DNA of 53,775 nucleotides, filler included, from Sphacelaria rigidula (Eukaryota), in assembly GCA_964200075.2 (NCBI GenBank). It is 4 parts of 4 records of this genome, joined end to end, with 100 filler letters (N's around TTAATTAATTAA, not from the genome) between each part and the next. Parts side by side here need not be neighbours in the genome. Positions count along the whole stretch, not along the records: positions 1 to 13,370 come from CAXNAA020002932.1; positions 13,471 to 26,839 come from CAXNAA020002933.1; 2 more parts are not named here. One strand, 5' to 3'. The translations under genes and the position numbers were made by a program. This document shows, piece after piece, positions 12,440 to 24,515 of this stretch; the stretch's first letter is position 1, and every line of letters starts with the position of its first letter. Under the pieces are notes generated by a model, which made no database searches, was not told the origin of the DNA, and saw only the letters and a program-made list of their open reading frames with translations.

Positions 12440-13172
12440 ATGTCGGGCCTGTTGTACGATCTTTTGTGATCTCGATTACAGCATTCCGCTAAGATTAAAC
12501 CAAAATCAATCGGATCGAGCGACAATGGGAAACTTGTCGACATTCTGGATCACCAACTTGTGGCTGGATCTTGTCTGTGAGCGGAGAAGAAAAAGATGTT
12601 CTACCCGGTTTTGGCTCAGATATCCCTCCCTTCTCCAGGATGGGGATAGCGATGAGGTTGGAGCTAAGCATACTTTCATCGTCGTCCTGGGAGATGTCCT
12701 TGTGTTACGACTTGAAGTGCTTGATCATCTCCTTGAGGACCCCGTGCCGCAAGGACCGTTCGTACCCTGCAACTCTTTCGGGACCTTGAAGACAATGAGC
12801 TGCTTACTGTCTCCAGGGTCCCGAAGTCGTTGCAGGGTACAAACGGCACGTGCGGCACGGGGTCCGCCGGGAGACGATCAAGCACCTCAAGTCGCAATAC
12901 AAGGATCTCTTCGAGTACGACAATGAACGTACGCTCAGCCCCAATCTCATCGCCATCCCTGCCCAGATGTCGGGCCTGTTGTACGATCTCGTGTGATTTC
13001 GACTACAGCATTCCGCAAGTATTGAACCAAATTCAATTGGATCGAGCGACAATGGGACACTCGTCGACATTCTGGATCACCAACTTCACAGCTTGTGGCT
13101 GGATCTTGTCTGTGAGCGGAGAAGAAAAAGATGTTCTATCCGGTTTTGGCTCAGACATCCCTCCCTTCTCCA
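12440..13172. repeat. Direct repeat (12440-12637, 12967-13172) enclosing an inverted repeat (12643-12794 / 12808-12959, 13-nt loop)
   Basis: Both repeat pairs align by eye. The inverted arms are 152 nt each, ungapped, and roughly 80% identical. Confidence 0.9.
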
Positions 13173-13370
13173 TGATGCGGTGACGCACCCATGAGGCAGT
13201 GTAAAAGCCGTGGCGATCTCGGGAAGTGGTGATACAACAGAATAAAGCAACCCATTGTAGGCTATCATCCAAATGCAAGATAATGAATAGGTTTCGGGCC
13301 GAACAATCTTGGCGGCATGCAGCTCACCCTTCATGCGACTCGCCGAGCACACCACGGCGCTTTGCGCTTG

Positions 13371-13470
13371 NNNNNNNNNNNNNNNNNNNNNNNNNNNNNN
13401 NNNNNNNNNNNNNNTTAATTAATTAANNNNNNNNNNNNNNNNNNNNNNNNNNNNNNNNNNNNNNNNNNNN
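13371..13470. other. Artificial contig linker (N44-TTAATTAATTAA-N44)
   Basis: Six-frame stop spacer flanked by Ns. Confidence 0.98.
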
Positions 13471-13530
13471 AACGACCAAGGCAAGCAACAAATGAGTTCG
13501 CCCCCCCTCCCCCTTTCCCCCCCTTCCCCC
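13471..13530 (+). mobile_element. 3' end of C-tailed LINE-like element (family A) at contig start
   Basis: aaggcaagcaacaaatgagttcgccccccctcccc. Confidence 0.7.
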
Positions 13531-13794
13531 CAATCCCCTGCGGCGGTCGTAGGGTTTTGTTTTCCTTCACATTAAGAAACTCTCAATAAATAGCCATTTG
13601 GGGGCGACTTGGGTGAGGTAGCGCCCATGATTGTTGGCCCTATTTGCCACCACAAGATGCGACGCACATTGGGCGCAATTTGACGGTGCAGGAAGTGGCT
13701 TCTAGCTTGATTGAGCAAGCATTGCAGAGCGTTGTGGCATTTGTCTGGTCTTGTTCTTGTCGTGGAAGTGTGGTGTGCAATGTACTGCCGAAAC

Positions 13795-14210
13795 TAAAGC
13801 TCGGAAATGGTTTGCTTAACCATTAACCAGTTGAATGGTTACGCGTAGCGCACTCATTGACCAATTAAATGGTACATAATGGTTTGGTCATCGAGCGGCG
13901 CAGCCACAAGGCAAAAAGTCTCCCCCGGCAGAGGGGATCCTGCCGGAGGCACCCCTGGAGGGCCCCGCTGGAGGCGTCGTGTCGGAGGCACGTTTATACG
14001 CGATTTGGCTTCACTAGAGCTAAAAAATACATCAAATTTGGGCCAATGTTCAAGGGCTGGATGTAGCATACGTAGCCGATAACGGCTTATAAAGCCGGTA
14101 ACGGCATATAATGGTTTGAAACCATTATCCAAATTTTTCATGTGACCATTACCATTATCACCATTATAATGATAATGGCCAGTTATAACTGGTACCATTT
14201 CCGAGCTCTA
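13795..14210. mobile_element. hAT-type MITE
   Basis: TIRs taaagctcggaaatggt / accatttccgagctcta. Perfect 8-bp TSD gccgaaac at 13787-13794 and 14211-14218. Subterminal aatggt/accatt repeats. Confidence 0.9.
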
Positions 14211-14419
14211 GCCGAAACCCATAAATATAACCCGGCCTTTCTTGGCTCCGAAGGTATACGAAAAATTAAAGCTTCATGAACACGAATTTTTTGTATACTA
14301 ATTTTTTTTTCATTATTATTATTATTCTTATTTTTATTTTTTATTCTTATTTTTATTATGTATAAGATTTAGTATCCCCACACCCCCCACACCCCCCACA
14401 CCCCCCACCCGAAAGACAT

Positions 14420-15037
14420 CAGGATTAAAAAAAGGGGCATGGGGTCTCGGATTGTTATTTTTGGGCACTCTTGGATGACATTCAAGTCCCATTCAAAGCG
14501 GTGAGCGATTCGAAAACCATTCATCTGTAATATGCAGCAGCAGACTCTCCGTGAGGAGAGGAGGATGCACACAAGCCAAGACTGGCAACACGCGGAGATA
14601 GGAGCGCAAAGTGATTGGCGTCCGAACCCACAAGCAAGCATGCATTTAAATTGCAAGCCATGGTGTACTTTGTATTTTATGGTCGCGGATTACTGTTTGT
14701 GTGCTATTTTTTATTCCAGATGTATGTCGTGCTATGAAACGACAAACCTGGCATATATCCGCAATATCACCTCAAGGTGTAGTGACCACGAGTTCTGTAC
14801 TGTATTGTCTGTACCTGTACTGTTATTTTCAGGTGCAGACCCCAATCCTATTACCATTTTGTTCATAATCATGTAAGCATCTTTGTCATAAACGAACCAT
14901 ACTAAAAATGGTATAAACATAGCCGGTAACGGCAAACTTCAAATAAACTGGATAAACTGGAGCCTTCATCACCAGCTCCAGTTAAACTCCAGTTCCATTT
15001 AAACTGCCAGTACAAACTGGTCCAGTTCACAGCCCTA
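14420..15037. mobile_element. Partial hAT-type non-autonomous element related to 21584-25326
   Basis: End ccagttcacagcccta with aaactgg repeats. 14480-14590 is the reverse complement of about 25000-25110, and 14875-14960 of 21660-21678 plus 23770-23845. Confidence 0.65.
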
Positions 15038-15039
15038 GA

Positions 15040-15475
15040 AAAAAACGATGACCATACTCAGAGATAAATGGTGGCCAGAGACGGCGAAACAGGACGGGGA
15101 TATGATATGTGAAATGTTTTTATGTAATGGATGGAAGAAACGCAATGAGCGCCGGAATGTTGGAGGTGGCTTTAGGAAAAGGAACGGTGCTCCATCTCGA
15201 AAGGGATTCGTGGTCAATGGTCACACGGCTAAGGCAGGCAACAAATGAGTATGCCCCCCTCCGTCCCCCCCGCCCCCGCAACATGATCATGAGGGTGGTA
15301 TTCACCGTTTTAACCTGATACACATGAATAGCGATGCAACGGTCGTATGACTATGGCAGGCATGGTCATGAGTACACCCCCCGTCCCCCGTCCCCCCCTG
15401 CCCCACAACGTAATCATAAGGGTGGTATTGACCGTTTTGACCTGGAACACACGAATGGCGATGCGTCGAAGCACA
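15040..15475 (+). mobile_element. Head-to-tail array: C-tailed LINE end (family A, 15040-15275) plus two family-B units (15277-15395, 15405-15475)
   Basis: Family A encodes an RT-C-terminus-like peptide ILRDKWWPETAKQDGD...WKKRNER... Family B ends gactatggcaggcatggtcatgagtacacccccc. Confidence 0.7.
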
Positions 15476-17122
15476 TGGACGCATCGATAGAACATGTGAC
15501 CAACAAGGTTTTTATCCTGATCTCCCGTTTATCTCCACCAGGGGATGAAATCGCTCTCTCCCCTCCCTAAACCCGGTGACACTTCCCTCCCCCGTCTCTT
15601 TTCCTGCAGATGAAACCAACGCATCCCCTCCCCGAACAGTTTTCGCGGGACGGGGGTGTTATTCAAAGTTCGACCCATTTCTGGCCGGACAACAATGAAT
15701 CTGCATACGTGATTGGTGCCAATGGAGAGCCTTAAATCTACCCTCACCGGTGCTACATTCCGTTTTTCTCACAGGGAATACAAATACCCCGGGGAATCCG
15801 TTGTTTCATCCCCTCCTCATCTACCCGCAGGGGTGATAACGCACCGTAAGGGCATTTAAATGCGAATGGCGAGGCCGCTGAGCACGCGGGAGACACCGTT
15901 CGAACAAAGTCATCCTGTCCTGCTGTCTTGCAACCTCGGCAGGGATAATATCAGCGCATCTCGTCCCCAAACAATCTCAGCGGGAAGGGGTTGTTATCCG
16001 ACGTGTGAGCTATTCGCGGCTGGACAACAACCAGTCCAACCCATACCTGGCACCGATGGATAGCTTTGAATGTACCCGAACTAGTAACATCTTCCTTTTT
16101 CTCAGCGGGACTACAGACACACAGGGGAAAATAATGTTATATTCCCTCGCTTTGCACGGGCTGCGATCATTGCCTATGTGGGTGCCCATGAACACGCGAG
16201 TGGTCACCACAATGTTCACGTCCTACTTTTTGGTCTGAAACCGCTCTTCCCCCTCCTCTCCAACGATGCGATGAGCATATCTCCTCCCCAAACAGCTTCA
16301 CCTGAGGGGGTTGTTTCTCGACTCATTGGCCGTTGATGGGTGGAGTACACGAGATTCTCTGAAACCCATGAGAGGTCTCATCAAAACATGGACACCTTTA
16401 CGATGTACCCCTGGAATAGTCCGGAGCACCACCATTCGTTTAGGATAGGGCAAAACGGTGGATACCACCCCCGGAGATGACCACTTTCGTATGCCTGGTT
16501 AACCATGGGCCCGACCTCCACACAAGACATGACCAATGCATTGAAGATAATTTCTGGATGATCGTACGTGACATGCACTATGTCTTCGACTCTGAAAAAC
16601 AAACAAAAGCGGGGCACCCCGCAAGTAGTTTTCATTCAAATGAACAGGTCAGAACTCGTCGATCCAAGTGCTGAAACTTCGATCAGCGTTTGCGAAGCAT
16701 AACTTGAGCCAGTTTTGACAATCGTTGTGGGTACCCCCACATTTCGACAGCGTAGATGCGAGTGCCGGGTTTGTTCTCTCGTACCTTGTCTTTCCCTGAA
16801 TGGGCAACATTGGGTGTTGATTGGTCATTTTTCAGTGAAAGAAGGGTTGCTATCGCACAAGGTACCTCGGGTTTGGCGTCTCCACCAAATGTTCTGCCTC
16901 TGTTTTCTTTGCTCGATTTAGATCAGGATTGGCCCCGAAATAAATTTGGTCGGATTAACGCGCAAATGCCTTATGTTGACCTTCGCACACATGCTTTGAG
17001 GCTGGGCAACGCTTTCTAAAGGACAGGAGCGACACACTCAGACAAGCATGACGCGTGCGTCATCATCGCGTCCCCGTGTCCCCGTCCCCGCGTCCCCCCC
17101 ACGCACGTGTTATCTTCCTCAG

Positions 17123-20100
17123 CAACTAATGGTCCACCGAGGCTTCCAGCAGCTGTACCGCCAGCAGAGTGTGCAGGGGTGCGAGTCACCGAAGGAAGCG
17201 GTGCATCGCCTGTTGGAGGAAAACAAAGCTACGCTCGAGGCTATCACCGTCATTGGCCACAGTCTCGGCGGTGGTAAGTATTTCGAAAAACCGCTTTCAT
17301 CGTCACCTTTCGTCTGTATCTTTTCCCATGGAAAAGGTGTTGATCCTTTGATGCAAGAATCTCTATAGTTCGTGTCTATTCCGTTGGTGGATGTGTCATG
17401 GGCGCGGGTATATCCTTGTACTGGTGTCCTTCCCCCCCCGCCCTGTCCCCACAGATATGACTCGACGGTATGTACCCCTCCGTTGATCTTAATCTAAGAG
17501 AATCATGCGAGATATTAATGTAGGTAAGAGGTGACTTACGGTAGTTTGAACGTACACTAGCCCAGAACCAGAAGAGGTGGGTGACCAGAAGTGGTTGTGT
17601 AGTTCGTTTGTCCGCCGGCTAGTGAAGGAAAACAAGGCTGCGCTCGAGGCTATTTTCGTTGGTCAGATCAGTCTCAGCAGGGACAAGTAGGCCGACCGCA
17701 AGACATGCGTTTATATCTGAATGATACAAGGGAAGCACTTGGTTCGTTCATCAGTGCTGCGTCATTTTTTACGTTTTTCAACTCCAGTGTTAATTTCTTG
17801 TGTTGGCAGACGGCTAAGGTGCTTCGTTCTGTACTATTTTGTTGTGGAAAAGAGCATCGTGATGATGAACATTTGGTGCGATGGAACCTTCTTTTTTTTT
17901 TCCGTCATGCCTTACCCTCGGTTTTGTGTTGATGTATCACATGATGGTCGCAATGGTATGGTTGTTCTTTGCTTGTTTTTTTCTTTGATCTTGAGACGCA
18001 GCCGCCGTTTCGTCGTTTTTTACTTCTTCGTTCTCTCTTGTGCGTTGTTGTTTTTTTGGGTAGGGTTGTGATGCCTCGATTAACCTGAAAGACGTTCAGC
18101 GCCAATGATTGTTTCGACGATCCCATCATGACTGTTTCGCTGCTGTTGTTGCTGCTATCGTTGTTGTTGTTGTCGTCTTGTTGCAAATACAGCCATGTGC
18201 CAGTTGGCCGGCGTGGATCTCGTACAATCAGGCGCCGCCGGCGATATTCCGGTCACGGTAGTGGCCTGGGGTGCTCCCAAGATCGGAAACTCGGCATTGG
18301 CCGCTCGCGTGGACGCATTGCACCCCAAGCTTCGCATCCTCAGGGTGAAGAACCCCATCGACAGCGTGGCCAACCGTGAGTCTATTTTTGGGCCGGGATC
18401 TGAGAACATTGTTATATTGTCATGATAATGTACACTCCCGACTGCAATGTACGAAGTGCTTTCACTTTTGAGGAACTGGTGATGATTTTACCTTTTTTCA
18501 TTTTGCTCTGTGTTCAGGACCTTTTTTCTTTTCGTTTGGTCGTGTTTTTGTCTTTTCTTCCGATTTTGCCCCCACCTTCAGCCCGTGTTTTTACTGAACC
18601 TACCTGGGGTATGTACATTTTGTGGTCACGGCTGAGTGTTTTGAGGATCACTGTAATGTGGGGTCAATATCACTATACCAATATATCAATATATCGATAT
18701 ATCGATATTCAACACAATGAATGAAACGGTACAGAGTAGGTGGCTGTTCGGTATTTTCGGAACAGCTTCAGTTCGAGCAAAGCAAATCATGGCGGAAATG
18801 ATATATAACCCGTTCTCTTGTTGTTGTTGTTGTTGTTGTTATTGTTGTTGTTGCTCTTTTCCCGTGCCATTTATCTCTCGTCTTTCTTGTTCCGTTCACT
18901 CAAGTTGTTTCATCTCTATTTGAGCTTCCTTCAGCAGAGCTTCCGTTTTGTTAACCTTGGGTATGTCTACCTTGTGGATAATGACCATGTCTGGGTCCTT
19001 CAAGGATCATTCAAATAACCATCCGTGACAAGCAATCCGTCAGCCCTCTATCAGTCCATCAACCCTCTATCAGCAATCGAGAGTACATAGCCCTGGGAGC
19101 TGCTGTGTGAGCACACGCAGTGCCGAGCGAGGCTACCCGTCCGGACGCATAGCCCGTCGTTCTAGCTATTCTCATTTCAATTCGAGTATTCGCAACAGAG
19201 GGAACGAGCGAGATTGGATGCTGTCAGAAATGAAACGATACTCCGTCGTTGACCTCTCCCAACCCGTAGTGCGCCGGTCGCAGCTCTTTGACCGACGGTG
19301 TGACGGTCAACCGCAGGAGGAGATCGAGACAGTGGGAGAGGAAGGAAAAACTTGGAAGTTTTGCCGTACAATACCTCGTTATGTTCTGACGCGTTTTGTT
19401 TGTATGACCAGACAACTTGTCCGCAACAGCGGCAGTGGCAGAACAATCGACACAAACAGCGAGCGTTCGACGGCCGGCCAAATCCTTCAAGGGCAGGTCG
19501 GGTAGGTTATACCCAATACTCGGTATTTTTTAGAAGTGATACTACTAATACCCGGACATTTCGGTAAAATATTGAAATCGTACCCAAACTAGTCATGATT
19601 TGGATATAGTAGTTTAGACCATACTCAACATACCCAAATTTTGGGTAGAAGATGAAGGTTATCCAAGTGATACTCTATACCCAAGTATTGCTGAGAATGC
19701 TTTCCCAAAACTTGCGTAGAGTATTTGAGGTCATACCCAATCTTCCCGAAATTGGGTAGAGTATATGAGGGCGTACTCAATCTACCCAAATTTTGGATAG
19801 AGTATTGAGGCGATGCCTGAGTGATACTCTATACTCCGGTATTGCTGAGGGTACTTTCTCAATATTCGGGTACAGTATTTGAAGTCGTACCCAACCTACC
19901 CGAAATTTGAGTAGAGTATTCGAGGCCGTACCCAATCTACTCAAACCTTGGGTAGAGTGAATCCCCGGGTATTTCCGCCCGAGTATTTAAAAGTACACAC
20001 CCTGCCCGACCTGCTCTTGGCTTCTCCGATCGAGACATTCGAATGGAAGGTACGAACGGGCACTTGACTCCTATCTTGCAGGCCACCACGCCAGATACAA

Positions 20101-21505
20101 CCAGTTCACAGATCGAACCATGCGAACCCCACGACACTTATTCCCAGCTACCACCGCAACCCTGCAGCCTAGAGCACGAGTTGGGCACAGGGATAGATAC
20201 ACCGCAGTAGTTGGGTATGGTGTTTTTTTTTTTTTTGGCGAAAATTTGAGCATCTTTTTTATGGTGGAGATCGGCGACGGAACTGCGTGGTAGGGTGTAC
20301 GACCGACTGGCGTACAGTCATGGACAGCGCAGGCAGTGCAAAGCTGCACGTTGTTGAAGTCTTTTTCACGTCGCACTGTGAGCAGAGAGTAAAGATAGTC
20401 CTGCGCTGTCTGCACTCCACGTTGCCCCCTTCTCTTTCACACCCTACTGTACGAAACACGCACGCCTACGCACTCAGGCACTCTGCATGCATGCCGCGCA
20501 GACAGTACAGTACAGCACAGTACAGCACAGTAGGGTACTGTACTGGAGACAAGCGAACAAGTGCCGCTTCACATATTTCACTGTCTTTTTCGATCGAAAC
20601 CTTGCATATTCGTTTGGACCCAACTCGCGAGAAATGAACGGATTCGATCAAATCCATTTCACCGCATTTTTTCAACGATTGAAAGATTATGTGCTAAGAC
20701 ACAGCCTTACCCAATGTTTGGGTAAAGTATTGAAATCGATCCAAACTACCCAAAAATTAGGTGGAGCATTCTATATCAACATACCCTATATTTGGGTAGA
20801 GTATTTGAGATCATACCCAAGTGATACTCTATACCCAGGTATTGCTGAGAGTGCTCACCCAATATTTGGGTAAAGTATTTGAGGCCGTGCCCACTCCACC
20901 CAAAAGCTGGGCAGGGTGTTTGAGGCCGTACTCAATCCACCCAAACATTGCGCAGAGTATTTGAGGTCGTACCCAATCTACCCAAGGTTTGGGTAGAGTA
21001 AATAGTCGAGTATTTTATCCGAGTATTCAAGAGTACATACTCTACCCGACCTGCCCTTGAAATCCTTCAACAAGATTTCCGGGGTCGTGTTGACGTGGAT
21101 GATTGCGCCACATTGCTCGATTACCCATCGTACGAGTCACCAGCCCCATTACACATAGCCATTGCCCATACTGCGATTGTTGTGTTGCCATCTAGCAACA
21201 AGCGTGGGTTGCTTGCTTGTCGCAGATTCACTGATGTGTTATATCTTGATATTTTGAGAAGACTTCTGAACGCGATGCTTGCCGCTGCTACTGTTGCTGG
21301 TGTTGCTGCTGCTGCTGCTGCTGCTCTCGCTCGCATGTGCTGTCGTCGCGTCGTAAATCCGCCGCGCTTTTGCGGGGTTTTTTTTGCGCTGCAGTGCCAC
21401 CGAATTGGCTGTGGAGCATAACAGGCGGCGGGTACAAGCACTTGGGCACGGAGTTGGCATTGAGCAACACAAACCTCAAGCAGAAGGGCATCGTGAAGGA
21501 TACCG
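17123..21505 (+). CDS. Class-3 lipase (phospholipase A1/DAD1-like), partial; 3 internal exons
   Basis: Exons 17123-17273 (VHRGF...ITVIGHSLGG), 18193-18375 (AMCQLAG...WGAPKIGN...RVKNPIDSVAN) and 21395-21505 (LPPNW...YKHLGTELAL). All introns are GT-AG with compatible phase 1/1. The first exons and the catalytic-His exon are not found in the contig. Confidence 0.9.
17610..17689 (+). pseudogene. Decayed duplicate of the lipase GHSLG exon (pseudo-exon)
   Basis: gtccgccggctagtgaaggaaaacaaggctgcgctcgaggct aligns with 17201-17242. The donor gtaagt has decayed to acaagt. Confidence 0.7.
18817..18853 (+). repeat. (TTG)n microsatellite
   Basis: Direct reading. Confidence 0.9.
19488..21059. mobile_element. 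Composite hAT-type non-autonomous element with tacccaa/ttgggta subrepeats
   Basis: TIRs caagggcaggtcgggtag / ctacccgacctgcccttg. Perfect 8-bp TSD aaatcctt at 19480-19487 and 21060-21067. An extra internal right TIR ends at 20019. Confidence 0.9.
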
Positions 21506-21679
21506 GTGAGATACATCGCTGCACCGACGAAATAGAGGCGATCTCCTTCAATATTTGATAGAGTCATGATGTCCCCTTATTGTCAACGGTGTAAACTGGA
21601 CCAGTTTATACTGTCGATTAAACTGGAGATTGATTAGACTGAAACTGACAACGCGGGCGCCAGTTTATCCAGTTTTTAT

Positions 21680-23765
21680 CAGGGATATACACGTTACACG
21701 TCCCACAACGTTACACGTTGCGTTCACGTTAGGTTTCGACCCAAACGTACGAGCTGGGTCAGCCTAGAGGCGGATTTGAAGTTTGCAGTCCCATGCTCCG
21801 GCCAATATTCAGAGTTGGAGCGTAAAATTTGGTATGGACATTGCATGGGGAATAAAAAAACAATCACGTCGGTACCAAGAGTTTTTTTGCTCTTTTTTAT
21901 GAGTTAAGGGCATTTTACTGATACCTGAAAACTGAGTATTGGCCTTGACTCATAGAAAACAAAAAAAACTTTTGGTACCGACGTTATTGTTTTGTATGCC
22001 CTATGCATTGTCCATACCAATTTTCATGCTCCAACTCTGAATATTGGCCGGAGCATGGGCCTTCGGAAAACCGGATCGGTAGAAATTCGGAACAGTATTT
22101 CGCAGGCCACTCATCTGCCCACGTTTGGTTATCGTGTGTTAAAATTTTGTGTGGGTGCTCTCTAAGGTATAATTAACAAAACTCAGTGAATCAGGATTTT
22201 TTCGATTATTTTTTTCACTGGTCTAGGGCGTTCTAGTAAAGACCATTTTTTCACCCGAACGCCTTAACTTTTACGAAGAAAAAAATGAAGACCCATTTTG
22301 TTTTTTATTGGGCACACCTTCGTGGTTCTCGATGCTGAGTTTCAAATCACAACTCTAAAAATTGATCTAAAACATTGAGATGAGGTCTAAGAGCAACGTT
22401 CATCTTTCGTCAAAACTCCCCTAAAAACACGAAAAAAATGAGAAAAAAGGGAAAAAAACGACAACACTGAAAAACCTGTGTTTTTCAGCTTCATTATGCA
22501 CTAGCGGTTCTCCATTCGTCATTTCATAGCCTAACTCTCAAAACCTTAGACGCGATATCCAGATTTAGGGCATCTAGTGCCCCTGCTCGTAGTATATTGA
22601 TTTTAGTATGAAAACTTACGTGCGCCATATCTCGAGATAGATAACGAATTAGACGAAGGTGAGGGTATCTATAGTCTCCCTGTGCTCCAGGGAATATCCA
22701 CGCCATAATTCGTAATCCGCTGAACGCATCGATCGGGGTTTCATAGAGATTTTAGTTTGGACGCCATCTCCGTTAGTTTAAGGAATTACTAGACATGAGG
22801 TGTGATCAACGAGAAAATATGAGCCCAAACTCTTGAGCACATGAGCACCTTCGCCCTACTTGGACGATTAATACGATATGCGGATCACGGCCCAACTCGT
22901 CTGTGTCGATGAGATGTTGCTTTCTGAGCTTGAATCCGTTTTTAGGTTGGCTCTGCTCGTAACGTGAACGTTAGTCTTTTTCACATGATGAATGTAACGT
23001 ACAGTCACCTTTAAATTTTCAAATGAACGTTAACGTAACGTTAAATTTTTCAAATGCCGAATGAAACGTAGTGTTTACGTCAAACTACCCAAAGGTTCAA
23101 AACACGTAGTATAAAACGTTTCATGGAACGTGTAAGGTCTAATACACTTTGCACGTGTTGAAGTGCGACAATCAATCAATTAATCAATCAACCAATCAAT
23201 CAATCAACCAACCAATCAACCAATCAGTCACGTACATTAGACGTTACAGATGTATCAGACGTCACACGTTACATGAAACTTCATAAACACGTCACGTGAA
23301 GTGGTGCACACACGTCAAGTTTGTACTGAAATTTGAAATCCTAGAGAAAGTTGTGCTTAAATAAACACGAATGAGCTTGAATGACCATGGTCTAGGACAT
23401 ATTATTTCAGCAAGTTCGCGCGCTCCGCCCCACAGCACACATTACAAGTAATCGTTTCTTCACAGCACCATAACATCGTCATCATATTGACCGCATTTAT
23501 ATCAATTGAAGAGACCGGATGTAACATAGCCATTGACGTCACGTTCACGTGCTACACAGACAACGGCCGAGATTGGCTGGAGGCTGCGGCACCCCCTAGT
23601 TGTGGACCCGCCAATTCCCCCCTAGATCCATCTCATGCGCTTGTTGCACGTAACGTTACGTGACCATTAAGTTTCCAAATGAAACGTTCACGTAACGTTT
23701 CATTTTTTCAACGTGTGCCAAACCAAACGTAACGTGGACGTAAACGTGTAACATGTATAGCCCTG
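21680..23765. mobile_element. ACGT-rich hAT-like MITE (nested)
   Basis: TIRs cagggatatacacgttacacgt / acgtgtaacatgtatagccctg; dense aacgtt/acgtaa subrepeats; related to 48242-48867. Confidence 0.8.
21750..22959. mobile_element. Tc1/mariner-like non-autonomous element (nested), with internal foldback 21790-22059
   Basis: ta|cgagctgggtcagcctag ... ttaggttggctctgctcg|ta, i.e. a TA TSD. 22557-22950 is homologous to 3278-3680. Confidence 0.75.
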
Positions 23766-24515
23766 ATATTTTTCAGGTTTGCCCTTACCGGCTATTTGAT
23801 AAGAAAAACTAGGATGGTGAGCTTAGAACACAAAATGCTTACACCATTATATATAACTTTGACTGTACAATTGAGGCCTGCACTTTACAGTTGCAGAGGA
23901 ATATGGGGTATCCATTGGGATAGAGGGCGCTTCGAAGGCGTCGACAGAAATTGTTTGCGTCGAAAACTATTGAAGCAGTGGTGCACGGCTTCATACTTCG
24001 TCTCCAGTGTTTCGGTCGACTTACACAGCATAGGTCTGGCGTTCTGTGGTGGTAACACAGTGTATGAAGAACGGGTTTGCCCGGCCCAGTCACTAGCTGA
24101 CCACTTCAGGCGTTTTCTGCTGTTTTTTGTCCCGTCAGCTTCGTTGGTACCTCATGATTCTGCACTTGTCCATTTTCTTCGGCCGTAGCGTGTAGGTCGA
24201 CAGCTGGTCTGTCGAATGAGGAATATGAAAAATGAAAAAGGAGTCGTGACTCGTATACGGCAGGACGCTTGATGCGGAACTGCGGAATTGCGGAACGCAA
24301 AACCCCAATAGCCAATTGTCGATGCATGATGAAGAAGAGTGTGAACATGATGGAGCACATACTCGCCAGACCTCAAAGTGATACGCAGATACAGCCAAGG
24401 TTTGTTCTGTCATCGCACGACACTCGAAAGGAAAAATAACGAACGGTGACCCGCAACCACAACACAACACAAAATTCACCATCGTTCGCTGGCGATTCAA
24501 CTACACGCGTGTTTG

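Noticed and set aside
19560..20000. CRISPR-like periodic repeats
   Set aside because: The units are degenerate, have no unique spacers, and lie within TIRs and a TSD. They are hAT subterminal repeats, and no cas genes are present.
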